Assembly (NCBI GenBank): GCA_965240325.2
Contig: OZ251232.1
Coordinates: 124,001 to 188,000 of the forward strand
DNA: 64,000 nt
Origin: Rebecca billardiae RCC1528
Taxonomy: Eukaryota; Protista; Haptophyta
Direction: 5' to 3'
Under the pieces are notes generated by a model that did not search any database, was not told where the DNA came from, and saw nothing but the letters and a program-made list of their open reading frames with translations. Position numbers and translations under genes: made by a program. Positions 35,611 through 47,434 of the stretch are shown here, piece after piece (position 1 is the first letter of the stretch; the number at the start of each line of letters is the position of its first letter).

Positions 35611-38600
35611 CTCCGCCCACAGCAGCGCGCTACCGTGCGCCGCCTTGCGCGGCCACTGCGCCGCCACGACGGCGCCGTCGTGCTTGCGCGCGCACAGGTC
35701 CATCACGGAGATCGGCGCGTCCACCGCCTGCGCGCGGCCGAGCGCGCGCGCGCGCATCTCGGCGAGCTGCGCGAGCGTCGGCGGGCCGTCCCACCAGTCC
35801 CCCTCCCCCTGCCCCTCGCCGTGCTCGTCCGCGTCGGCCGAGGCGGCGAGCTCGGCGAGCGCGGCGGCGGCGGCGCGCGCCACCTCGTCCTCGGCGCGCG
35901 CGCCCGGCGCGCGCGCGCCGCGCGAGCGCCGCATCGAGCCGTCCGGGCTGCCGCCGCCCTGGGCGCGGCGCTTGCGCATCGAGCCCTCGCGGCTCGGCGC
36001 GGCCGAGCCGCCGCCCGCCGCGTCGGCCGAGAGCCCGGCGTGCACGACGGCGAGGAGGCGGTCGGCGCCGCCGTCGGCCGGATCGGGCGGGCCGGCGCGC
36101 GCGCCCAGCACGCCGCCCTCGGGCGCGCGCGCCGCCGCCAGCCGCTCGCGGAACGCCGCGAGCTCCTCCGCGCTGAGCGCCTGCAGGCGGTAGCCGCCGA
36201 CCGGGGGCTCGGGCTCGGCCGCGTCGGCGGGCGCGCCCGCGTCCGTCGAGCCCTCCGCGCCGCCCGCCTCCTCGCCGCTCGGCAGGTAGGTCGGCTCCTT
36301 GCGCCGCGGGCGCGCGCCGCGCGAGGTCGCGCCGCCGTCCGCGTCGCCGCCGCCGTCCGCGGCCGCGCCGCGCGGCGTGCGCGGCGAGGCGGGCGGGCGG
36401 GCAGCCGGCGGCGGCGGCGGCTGCTTGGCCGAGCGGCGAGGCGAGGGCGCCGCCGCCGAGCCGGCGCGCGGCGACGCTGCCCCGTCCTCGCCGCCGCCGC
36501 CGCCCGCGCCGCCGGCCGAGCGGCGCGGCGGCGGCAGCGTGCCAGCGCGCGGCGAGCGCTGCGGCGCGGGCTCGCCCTCGCGCGGACCCTCGCCCGCCGC
36601 GGCGCCCGCGCGGCGCGCGGCGGCGTGCGCGGCGCCCGCGCCGCGCGCGCGCGCGCGCGCGGCCTCCTCCTCGGGCGGCGCCGCCTCCGGCTGCAGCGCG
36701 TGCGACGAGGTGCGCTCCGGCCCGGCGGAGGCCACGGCGCGCCTCCGGCCGTGCGGCGAGGCGGCGGGAGAGGCGGCGGCGGAGCGGGCGCCGCCGTCGA
36801 CCGCGGCCGGCGGCAGCAGCCTCCCGGCCGGAGCGCCGCCCGGGCCGGCGGAGGCGGAGGCGGAGCGCGCGGGCGAGGGCGGCGCCGCGCCGCGCAGCTC
36901 CTGCGACGTGCGCAGGCTCGGCCGCGCCGACTTGGGCTTGGCGATGCTCAGCCGTGTGCTCGCGGCCGCGGCCGCCTGCCGCGCGGCGGAGACGCGGCTG
37001 GGCGCGGCCGCGGACAGCCGCGCGACGTTGCCCGCCTTGTTCCACTCGGTCGCGACGGCGTGCTTGCGCTCGCCGCTGACGACCCCGCGCGCGCGCTCAA
37101 AGTCCTCCGGCACCGCCCACAGCCCGGCGTCCACCACCACCGCCACCGCCTGCTGCACCTCCGCCGTCGCCCTCGCCTCCGCGCGCTCCGCCTCCCCGCG
37201 CTCCAGCAGATCGGACCGGCCGGACGAGTCGCTGCGCGCGGACGCGACGCGGCGCGCGGAGGTGAGCTTGGCCTTGGCGACCGTGTCCACCTTCTGCTCG
37301 GCCTCGGCGAGCACCTCCGCCATCCCCTCGCGCGCCAGCGAGTCGATGAACGCGTCCACCCCCTGCCGCACCTCCGCCATGTGCAGCAGCCCCGACTCGA
37401 CGGCTGACATGAGCGCGCCGAGCAGCGCGCGCGCGGCGCCGGGCGCGGACACCGCGGGCTCGGCGGCCGCGGCCTCCTCGCCCTCCGCCGCGTCGGCCGG
37501 CGCCGCGCCGGCCGGCGTCGCCGCCTCCTCGTCCTCGGAGCTGCTGCTGCTGCTGCTGCTGCCGCCGCCGCCGCCGCTGCCGTCCGCCGCGCGGGAGGCG
37601 CGCTTCTTGCGCGCCCTCTTGCCGCGCTGCCTGCGCTGCTGCGCCTTGCGCACCGCCGCCTGCCTCGCCGCCTCGTCCGCCTCCTGCGTCGCGAGCGCGG
37701 TCGCGTGCGCGAGCTCGCTCATCACGTCGTCCAGCGAGGCGAGCCCGAGCCGCGCGCGCTCGAGCGCGTCCGGCTCCACCGACGGCGCGCCCTCCGCTGC
37801 CGCCTCGCCGCGCTGCGCCGCCTCCGCCTGGGCCTCCGCCTGCGCGATGATGGCGCGCAGGGAGTGCACGTTGCGCGAGGCGAGCGCGAGGGAGAGCTGC
37901 CGCGCGAGCGGCTTCTTGTGCGCGGCCTCGGCGGGCGCGCCGACCCACCCGTCGTACCCCAGCTCGTCCTCCTCCTCCGCCGCGTCCGCCTCCTGCGCGG
38001 CCCCGGCTGACGAGGGCCGGGAGCGCTCGCGCGGCGCGGCGGCGGGCGCGGCCCCGGGTGGCGCGGCCTCCGCCTCGTCCGCGAGCGGCGCGAGCGACGT
38101 CGTGCCGCGCGCCTCGCCGTCGACGCGCAGGTCGTCGTCGACCTGCACCTGCCGCGCGGGCAGGAACTGGCGCGGCGCCTCCGCCAGCGCGGACGCCAGC
38201 GCGAGCTTCGCGTGCCCCGAGGCGAGCGACGGCCGCTCCCGCAGCCGCTCGGTCAGAACCTTCTCGAGGTCGATCACGCGCGTGATGCGCCGGTACAGCT
38301 TGCCCAGGAAGGTGACGTACGCGGACTCCGCGGAGCCCTCGGTCCACAGGTCGGTGAGCTCGAAGATCCCGTCGGTGAACACCGCGCGCGTCATCCCCTC
38401 CGCGTCCGCCGTGTGCCGCATGTCGTTGGCCCAGTCGACCATCGCCAGCCGGCGCGCGTGCGAGGACGGCTGGTTGGGCTTGCACACGCCCAGCGCGCGC
38501 GAGATGCGCTCGTGGATCTGGCAGTACATCTCCTCGGACATCAGGCCGTCCGGCGCGAGCCCCGCCGTCGTCCAGAACTTGTCGATGACCCGCGCCACCA

Positions 38601-39201
38601 CCGGCACGTGTTTGATCAGCTGCCGCGCCTCGCGGTCCTCGTCGTCCTCGCCCGCGCTGCCCAGCGTGTGGTACTGCGCGCGCATGCGCCGGCGGCCGTC
38701 GGAGCCGCGCTCCTCGAAGTGGAAGAGGTCGTCGTCCTTCGCGGGCTTCTCCGCGTGCACGCCCGAGAAGGTGCGCGCCGACTGCGGCTGCTCGGGCAGC
38801 GGCGAGCTCGACGGCGGCTCCGGCTCGGCCGGCGGCGGCGGGAAGATTGCGTCCGCGTCGATGTTGACGCTGGAGACCGATCCGGACCGTCTGGAGGCCG
38901 AGGTCACGCTGGCGACCGAGGCCGAGCGCCTTGACACCGATGGCACCGCCGGAGGCGCCGCGTCCTGCTCGTACGCCTGCGCCTCGCCCGCCGCGACGAG
39001 CGCGTCGAGGCTGAGGCCGCCCTCGGCGCCGCCCTCGCCCTCCTCTGCCGTCCACGGCCGCATGCTCGCCGGCGTGACGAGCGCGGCGCGCTCGAGCTCG
39101 GACGCGCGCGCTGGCGCCGGCGGAGGCCCGCCCGCGCCCAAAGACGCGTCGAACGAGGCCTCGGGCTGCGCCTCCGTCGGGGCCTCCTCCCCCGCCTCCA
39201 T
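34624..39201 (-). CDS. Large low-complexity hypothetical protein (1525 aa) with one compact, degenerate EF-hand-like N-terminal domain
   Basis: Single long ORF with an ATG start and host-like codon usage. Globular segment IDKFW...YCQIHERISRAL...DW..D...FTDGIFELTDLWT...YVTFLGKLYRRIT. Confidence 0.75.
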
Positions 39202-39447
39202 GGCGGCCCAGGCCGCGGAGAGTCAGAGATGACGGTTATTCGCGTAACGAACGTTCAGTCAGCAATCCGTAACCGGAGTCGACGAGTCCGGTTCATCGCC
39301 AATCATTCATAATGATGATGGAACGACAGTCATCTAGTCATGCTGTCATGACTAGCTCATGCGGCCTAGCTCCGCCGAGCCGCTGCCCAGCAGCAGCCCC
39401 CAGTCTACTGTCGCGCCGACCAGCGCCAGCCTGTGCTACTGCTATCA

Positions 39448-41299
39448 CTAGCAGCTGGGACCCTCGACGGCTCCATGCTGATGCAGCAGGCTCTCGCGCT
39501 CCGCCAAGTCCAACTGAGCACACTCGGCCGACGTCGTCTGCCCGCGCGGCCCCTCGGCTTGCTCGTCACTGAGAGTGCATGCCCCCGCCGCTCGGGCCAA
39601 TGGCCATGGCCCTGGAGCGAGGCAGATCGTGCGCCCACCGTCTGCGGCTGCCACCGCCACGGCGGGCGCATCCGTGGCGGGTGCGTCGGCGGCCGCCGTG
39701 CGCCGCGTGCGCGTTTTGCCCGGAGCGATGGTCTGCGCTGCTTGGAACCGGTTGAACACGTACTCCTCTCCCCAGAGCAGCTCGGACGCCTCCGCTGCCG
39801 TGCCCTCGGACGGCGGCGCGCCGACCGCGCGCTCGGCCTCCGCGCGTCGGCTGGCGGGCGCGCGCACGACGTAATCTCGCCAGCTCCCCTCGATGAAGCC
39901 CTCGCCCTGCGGACGCCCGCCGCCGAGCGCACCCGCCGCGACGCCGGCCGCGCCGGCCGCGCCGGCCGCGCCCGGTGTCGGCGCGCGTGGCGGGTGCGCC
40001 TCCCCGCCACCGCACGCGCGCTGGCCGAGCAGCCCGTGCACGCCCGCGCCCGCGCACGCGCCGTGCCCCACGCTCAGGCCGAGGTCGACGTACCCAAACG
40101 TGGTGCGCCTAGGCGCGCGCCCGCCATAGATGAGCACTCGGTTGAGGACGAGCGAGCACGGCTCCGACGCACCCGCCCCGCCCGCGGCCGCTTCGGCGCG
40201 CGCGGCGTGCGCGCTCGCGCTCGCGCTCGCGTCGGGCGCGCAGCGCTCCAGCCTCTGCGCGAGCATGCGCGGGAGCGCGCCGAGCACGTGCTGCCGTGTC
40301 AGCGTGACCGAGCAGTTGCACTGCACAGCGCGCACGTGCAGCCGCCGGAGGCGCGTGTCCACGTCCGGAGCGCCGCGCGGCACCACGCTCTGGCCCGCGT
40401 GCGGCGGCAGCGGCGCGTCCGTCCACGAGCACGCCGCCGAGTTCTCGTCGCACGAGAAGCGCTCGAGATGCAGCTCGCCAATCTCGATCTCGGCGCCGAT
40501 CTCGGCGCCGAGATTGCTGGCGGGCCGAGGGGCGCGCACGCTCGTGCGGCCGAGCGGGAGCGCCACGTCGTCGAGCGTCGGCGGCTGCGAGCTGTCGGCC
40601 GGGAAGAAAACACGCCCGACGGCGGCGGTGGCGGCGGTGGTTGCGGGGGCGGCGGCCGCGCGTCGTCCGCGCGCCCCGCCGGCAGCGTGCGCCGCGCCGT
40701 GCGGCGGTGCGGGCTGCAGCGCGACGCCGACGTCCCCCAGCACGGTGTGCGTCAAGTCGTGCACCGCAAACGCATCTGGGACGGCCACGAAGCGCGCGTG
40801 CAGCTGCAGCCCGCGCGTGGAGACGAGGTTGAACACCGCCCCCGCCTCGCCCGCCACCTCGTACTGCACGCCGTCGCTGCCGGTGAGCAACGGGTCGTCC
40901 CCCGCGCTCGAGGGCGGCGGCGGGCTCGGCGGCGAGGGCGGCGGCGAGGGCGGGCTGGGCGGCGCGGGCGGAGGGGATGGTGGAGAGGGCGGCGGAGGCG
41001 GGCTGGGCGGCGGGCTCGGCGGCGGGCTCGGCGGTGGGCTCGGCGGTGGGCTCGGCGGCGGGCTGGGTGGCGGGGTCGGAGGTGGGCTCGGCGGCGGGCT
41101 CGGCGGCGGGCTGGGCGGCGGGCTTGGTGGCGGGCTAGGTGGCGGGCTGGGCGGCGGGCTCGGCGGCGGTGATGGAGGCGGGGTTGGCGGCGGGCTCGGC
41201 GGCGGGCTCGGCGGAGGGCTCGGCGGCGGGCTCGGCGGCGGGCTGGGAGGCGGGCTTGGCGGCGGGCTCGGTGGCGGGCTGGGTGGCGGGCTCGGAGGT

Positions 41300-41333
<34 letters not shown>

Positions 41334-43752
41334 TTGGCGGCGGGCTCGGTGGCGGGCTGGGTGGCGGGCTCGGAGGTGGGCTTGGCGGCGGCGTGGGCGG
41401 CGGGCTGGGCGGCGGGCTCGGCGGCGGGCTGGGTGGCGGGCTCGGCGGTGGGCTGGGCGGTGGGCTCGGCGGCGGGCTCGGCGGCGGTGATGGGGGCGGT
41501 GGTGGCGGCGGGCTGGGCGGTGGGCTGGGCGGCGGGCTGGGCGGCGGGCTGGGTGGCGGGCTGGGCGGCGGGCTGGGCGGCGGGCTGGGCGGCGGGCTCG
41601 GCGGCGGGCTGGGCGGCGGGCTCGGCGGCGGGCTGGGTGGCGGGCTCGGAGGTGGGCTTGGCGGCGGCGTGGGCGGCGGGCTGGGCGGCGGGCTCGGCGG
41701 CGGACTGGGTGGCGGGCTCGGCGGTGGGCTGGGCGGTGGGCTCGGCGGCGGGCTCGGCGGCGGTGATGGAGGCGGGGGTGGCGGCGGGCTGGGCGGTGGG
41801 CTGGGCGGCGGGCTGGGTGGCGGGCTGGGTGGCGGGCTGGGCGGCAGGCTGGGCGGCGGGCTCGGCGGCGGGCTGGGGGGTGGCGATGGAGGCGGGGGAG
41901 GTGGCGGGCTGGGTGGCGGGCTCGGCGGCGGGCTGGGCGGCGGGCTGGGCGGCGGGCTGGGAGGCGGGCTGGGCGGCGGGCCGGGTGGCGGGCTGGGCGG
42001 CGGGCTGGGCGGTGGGCTCGGTGGCGGGCTCGGCGGTGGCGATGGCGGCGGGGGCGGGGGCGGGCTGGGCGGCGGGCTGGGCGGCGGGCTGGGCGGCGGG
42101 CTGGGCGGCGGGCTGGGTGGCGGGCTGGGTGGCGGGCTGGGTGGCGGGCTCGGTGGCGGGCTGGGCGGCGGCGATGGCGGCGGGGGTGGGGGCGGGCTCG
42201 GCGGCGGGCTGGGCGGCGGGCTGGGCGGCGGGCTGGGCGGCGGGCCCGGTGGCGGGCCCGGCGGCGGGCTGGGCGGTGGGCTCGGTGGCGGGCTCGGCGG
42301 TGGTGATGGCGGCGGGGGCGGGGGCGGGCTCGGCGGCGGGCTGGGTGGCGGGCTCGGTGGTGGGCTCGGCGGCGGGCTTGGAGGTGGTGATGGCGGCGGT
42401 GGTGGCGGCGGGCTGGGCGGTGGGCTGGGCGGCGGACTGGGTGGCGGGCTCGGTGGCGGGCTGGGTGGCGGGCTCGACGGCGGGCTGGGCGGCGGGCTCG
42501 GCGGCGGGCTCGGCGGCGGGCTGGGTGGCGGGCTCGGCGGCAGGCTCGGTGGCGGGCTCGGCGGAGGTGATGGTGGGGCCGATGGCGGTGGCGGTGACGG
42601 CGGCGGGCTGGGCGGCGGGGACGGTGGCGGTGACGGCGGAGGTGGAGGGCTCGGCGGCGGCGAAGGTGGTGGGCTCGAAGGAGGTGATGGCGGAGGCGGC
42701 GGGCTCGGCGGCGGGCTCGGCGGGGGCGATGGTGGGGGTGACGGCGGTGGCCGTGACGGCGGTGGAGGGCTCGGCGGCGGGCTCGGCGGGGGCGATGGTG
42801 GGGGTGACGGCGGTGGCCGTGACGGCGGTGGAGGGCTCGGCGGCGGGCTCGGTGGCGGGATCGGTGGCGGGAACGGCGGAGGTGGGGGGCTCGGCGGTGG
42901 CGTTGGCGGCGGACTCGGTGGCTGTGACGGCGGAGGTGCGGGGCTCGGCGGCGGCGACGGCGGCGGCCTTGGTGGCGACAACGGCGGAGGTGGGGGGCTG
43001 GGCGGCGGCGAAGGTGGCGGGGCCGGTGGCGGTAACGGCCGAGGTGGGGGGCTCGGGGGCGGCGAAGGCGGCAGGCTCGGTGGCGGGGACGACGGAGGTG
43101 GCGGGCTGGGCGGCGGCAAAGGAGGAGGGTTTGGTGGCGGGAGTGGCATAACAGGCGGGTTGACCGACGCAGTAGGAGAAAGCAGCAGCACCCATGCGAG
43201 GAACACGCGTATCCGCCGCGGTGCCAACTTTGAACAGCCGAGTCGGCACGGCCCGCGCGGACTGTTGGCTGGGAGATCCGGCAGCCTGCTGCGCCTCGCG
43301 ACAAGCTGCCACCGCTCAGGAGCGGACAGCAGCCGCCGAAGCGGTCGCTCGGCACACGCCACCAGAAGCAGGCAGGGGGCTGCTGCCATGGCAGGAGAGG
43401 CATCGGCAGCCTCCTGCATCCTCGCTGCGACTGCCCGGGCGATGGAAGCGGCGTGGTTGCGACGATCGACGACAGCCGCGCACGTCGCGCTCGTGAGGGC
43501 GTCCTCGGCCGACAGGACCAGCGTGGCCAGAGCCACAGCGAGCGCCAGGAGTGCCCAATTCGCGGGGCGGCCATGAGCTGGCGCCAAGTTGCTGCGCCGG
43601 CCACTGTCGGATGTCGAAGCGGGTGTTGAGGTGATGATGCCGGCCCGTCGCTGCTGCACGTGCCGCTCGGGGAACGCGTCCGCCAGGCGCGCCGCCAGGC
43701 GGGCAGCTGGCGCCTGGCAGGCGGGCGCCGACTGTGCAGGCATGACGGGCAC
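39448..43752 (-). CDS. Extensin/pherophorin-like (SPPP)n glycoprotein with C-terminal VWD/root-cap-like domain (start uncertain)
   Basis: About 740 aa of SPPP repeats (~40913-43141) preceded by hydrophobic VFLAWVLLLSPTAS. C-terminal GDDPLLTGSDGVQYEVAGEAGAVFNLVS...VHGLLGQ. Confidence 0.8.
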
Positions 43753-44097
43753 ACTCCTGCAAGGCAGCGCCTGCGGCGGAAGGACACGCGCTAGCCGTGC
43801 GTCGGGCTGTGCCTCACCGCGGCCACCACCAGCTGATGAAGCGGGCCGCTTGCGCGGCCTCCGCCCGTACGAAAGCGGTGAACCACGCCTGGCCCGGCCC
43901 GGGTCTCTCGCGGCTCACGAAGCAGTACAATACGGCTCGCCAATTGTGCTCACGCGGGTATCTATGTACTTTACGCACGCAGCTTGCAACGTTAAGGAAA
44001 GTACCTTGCGGTACCCAGATTAATACACGGGAATCAGATCACCTTCGAACAGAACCCAGCTTGATAAAACGGCAAGGCGAGCCTCAGCGAGCACGCG

Positions 44098-45378
44098 ATG
44101 CGGCCTGTCCTCGGGTTGATAAAAACAACGCTGCTCACGGCGACGAGCGGGCTCGCGGGCTCGGTGGCCGACTCGCGCTCGCTCCCCGGCGGGCTGATCG
44201 CCTTCTCTGCCCAGTGCATCCTCTCCAACGCCGGCTGCGTGCCCTCCGCCAGCCCCGTCTACGCGTTCGGTTGGAATGGCGCGCTCCCGCTCTCGCTCAC
44301 GTTTGCCGTCGTCGGCGCGATGCTCGCGGCGGCCGAGGCGAATCGCGAGGGCAGTCGCGCCGCGGGCGAGGGTGGCGCGGGTGTTTCTGAGCTGCATGGC
44401 GCGCGGAGCGACTCGACGCTCACCGGCGTCGGCATAGGCTTCGCCATCGCCACCGCCGCCTCCCTCCTCGGCGTGGCGGCGGCGCACGCGCTCGCGGCGC
44501 GCGCGCGCGGCGCGCGGCGCATGGAGGGCGCGCTCGCGGCGCAGGTGGCGGGCGTGATGACAGCGACGTACGTGGGTGGCTCGGCCAACTTTGCGCAGGT
44601 CGCCAGGCGCGTGCGCCTCGCGCCGGCCATGCTGGGCGCGCTCGCGGCCGCAGACATAGGTACGATGGGCGTCTACTTTGGCGCGGTGAGCGCGCTCGCA
44701 CAGAGCGCGCGCGCGGCGGCGTGGTTCGAAGGGCCGACGCCGCGCGCGCGCGCGCGGCCAGCGGCGCAGGTCGTGGAGGCGCCCGGCGTGGCGCGCCCGC
44801 GCGCGCGCTGGCACGTGCGCCTCGGCGGCGGCGCCCTCGCGAGCGCGTGCGCCGTCCTCGCCCTCGTCGTCGCGCGCCCGGTGGACCTGTTCGCTGGCAG
44901 CGCGACGCTGGCGGCGGTGGCGAGCGCAAGCGGGATGGGAGTGCTGGTGGCGCGCACGTGCCCCGCGCCGCTCGTCAGCGCGGCGAGTGCCGCCTCGGCG
45001 CTGCTCGCGCCGTTGTGCCTCAATTTCTTCTTCGCGGCCGTCGGCGGCTCGGCGCACGCGTCGGAGGTGGCCGCGGCGGGCGTGGCCGGCCTGAGCTTTG
45101 TGGGGACCGCGCTGTCGCTGCACGTGCTCCTGCTGATGGCGGGCGGGTACGCGCTCAACCGCTCGGCGCGCGCGCGGCGGCTGCTCGGGCTGCGCCGCCC
45201 GCTGCGACTGCAGGAGCTGCTCGTCGGCTCGAACGCCGCGATCGGCGGGCCCTCCACAGCCGCCGCGTTCGCAGGCACGCTGGGCGCGGGGCTGGTCGTG
45301 CCCGCCGCGCTGTGGGGCGTGGGCGGCTACGCGGTCGGCACCTCGCTCGGCGTCGGCATGTGGGCGCTGCTCAGCTAG
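44098..45378 (+). CDS. DUF819-family membrane protein
   Basis: ATYVGGSANF, GSNAAIGGPSTAAAFA, LVVPAALWGVGGYAVGTSLG. Confidence 0.85.
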   Translation: MRPVLGLIKTTLLTATSGLAGSVADSRSLPGGLIAFSAQCILSNAGCVPSASPVYAFGWNGALPLSLTFAVVGAMLAAAEANREGSRAAGEGGAGVSELHGARSDSTLTGVGIGFAIATAASLLGVAAAHALAARARGARRMEGALAAQVAGVMTATYVGGSANFAQVARRVRLAPAMLGALAAADIGTMGVYFGAVSALAQSARAAAWFEGPTPRARARPAAQVVEAPGVARPRARWHVRLGGGALASACAVLALVVARPVDLFAGSATLAAVASASGMGVLVARTCPAPLVSAASAASALLAPLCLNFFFAAVGGSAHASEVAAAGVAGLSFVGTALSLHVLLLMAGGYALNRSARARRLLGLRRPLRLQELLVGSNAAIGGPSTAAAFAGTLGAGLVVPAALWGVGGYAVGTSLGVGMWALLS

Positions 45379-46168
45379 CCGAGCGCCGAGCATGCCGAGT
45401 GATGGCGCGGCGCTCATGCCAACCCGACGGGCTTGCGGTGACGCGACCTCGGCCCTGGCACGAGGGCAGTAGTAGCGCCGATCTGCTGCGGTGCCAGCGG
45501 AGCAGGCGGCGGAGCGGCCGAGGAGGTCCCGACGATGAGCACGACTCAAGATTTCGTCGTCAAGATGCTGCTCGTCATCATCGTTACCATCACGTCCACC
45601 ACGTACAGTCTACACCGACTATGCGCAGTTCCGGTCCGGTGACTCTCCCGCGGCCGCGGACCCGCGTCACCCGTGTGACGCTGCGGCCGTGACCGGACTC
45701 ACCGTGTCCGTGACCGCGCCGTGCTGACTGACGCCGATCCTGATCCTCGCTGCGCAAGGCTTCAGCAAGGCGGTTCCGGGGTCCGGAGTCCGGACGGGCC
45801 GTGCGTCGTCGTCGTCTGTTCCGCCCTCAGTGTTCGGACGAGTCGGTTGCGGCTGCTGATATATGATGATGTGATGATTAATTCGCGCCGACTCGGCTCG
45901 ACTGTACGGACCGTACGGACTACGTCTACGGTCCGGGTACGGTCGGCTGCACGGCGGTCCCGTGCCACAAGGCGCCGAGCCGTGCGAGCGGTATGCGGCC
46001 CCTATCGCCCCTGGCTACCCGCAGGCTCACCATCCCGCTGCCCGTGCGCAAGACAGCACAGGGCGCCGCCGAGTGCCAGGCGCCAAGCGGCAAGCGGTGC
46101 CCTGGCCCTCGCCCTCCGCTCGGATGCGCCTGACCGAGGCTGCGGGCGGCACCGCGGCGCGCGGGGGC

Positions 46169-47040
46169 TCAGTCCTCCTCGTCAACCTCGTCGTCGTCCT
46201 CCTCGTCATCGTCCGTGCGCTTCTTGCACAGCGACGACTTGGTCGAGACGGTGACGAGGAAGATCAGCAGGCCGAGCCCCATCGTGCTGAGGGCGGCGAT
46301 CGTGTACGCCGAGCGCAGCCCCGTGTCGCCCACAATCGCGATCAGCATGATGCAGTTGATGATGCCGAAGTTGAGGGTGGGCGAGGTTTGCAACGCCTTG
46401 AACTCGGCGAGCGAGACGCGGCCGTCCCCGTCCTTGTCCACCTTGTGCAGCACGTCGTCGAACGAGCGCTTCTTCGAGATGACCCCCTTGCGCTGCGCGT
46501 CCGCCCACTCCTCGCGCGTGATGTGACCGTCCGCGTCCACGTCTGCAGACGAGAAGCCGCGGCCGGCGAAGCAGCAGTTGAACGCGTCCCACAGCGAGGG
46601 CGGCTCGTCGAGCCGGATCGCCTCGGCCAGCGGCCCCAGCACCGCGTACCACGCCAGCGTCACGCACGCGAACAACGGGCGAACAAAGCTGGGCAGGAAA
46701 GCCGCCGCGATCAGCGCCGCGCCCACGCCGCCATGCGCCGCGCCGAGCACGGCGAGGAAGTGGCGCACGTCACTGGTGCGCGGGGAACGAGCGCGCGCGA
46801 CGGGGTACGCGCGCATGAGCCCACTCGCCAGCGCGCGGCGCGCGGCGCCGCAACGTCGGCCCGCGCCGCGCGCTGCGGCTGCAGCCTGTGGGCGCCGCAC
46901 CTGTTGATCGAGCTGTTGTCGGTCGATTTCAGGTCTCGACTGACGACGAGCAAGCTCGCAGGGAAGAAGATGTGCAGTGGCGCCAGCGTGAGATGCATCG
47001 CTGCGCCCAGGATGAAGGCGACGATGAGCGAGGAGCCCAT
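46169..47040 (-). CDS. EF-hand pair membrane protein (2 exons)
   Basis: Intron 46773-46900. EF loops DVDADGHITREE and DKDGDGRVSLAE lie between hydrophobic helices. Acidic tail. Confidence 0.8.
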
Positions 47041-47434
47041 CGCGCGCCTCGGACCGGCAGGGCGGCTGCTGCCTGGCCCGCGGGGGCGATCAAAAGTGGA
47101 GAGCTTTGATCTGAGCCAGCCCGGCCTGCTCGCCGTACGCCAGCGGCAGAGCTCCTCCACCGGCCCCACCGGCCGACTCGTAATCCGGACGCAACCGGAC
47201 CAAGCAGAGCTGCCACCGCTGCCGTGCGTCCGCGAGGCGTTGACTGACCAAGGATGTCTGATGAGGAACCCCCTTCGCACTTGGACTGACAACGTCAACG
47301 ACGACGGCGACGCTAGTGCAATCTCAAATCACAATTCACATCAAGGATCGATGTCAGACTGTCGTGGTAGTCGCGGTTCCGTGACTGACGTAACTCACTG
47401 CAGACTGCTGACATCATGATCAGACTGTGAGTAG

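Noticed and set aside
40130-43576. Gly-rich (GGGL)n and AAGW/QPAA ORFs
   Set aside because: Alternative frames of the SPPP repeat; only the minus-strand Pro-rich frame links to a signal-like segment and a globular domain.
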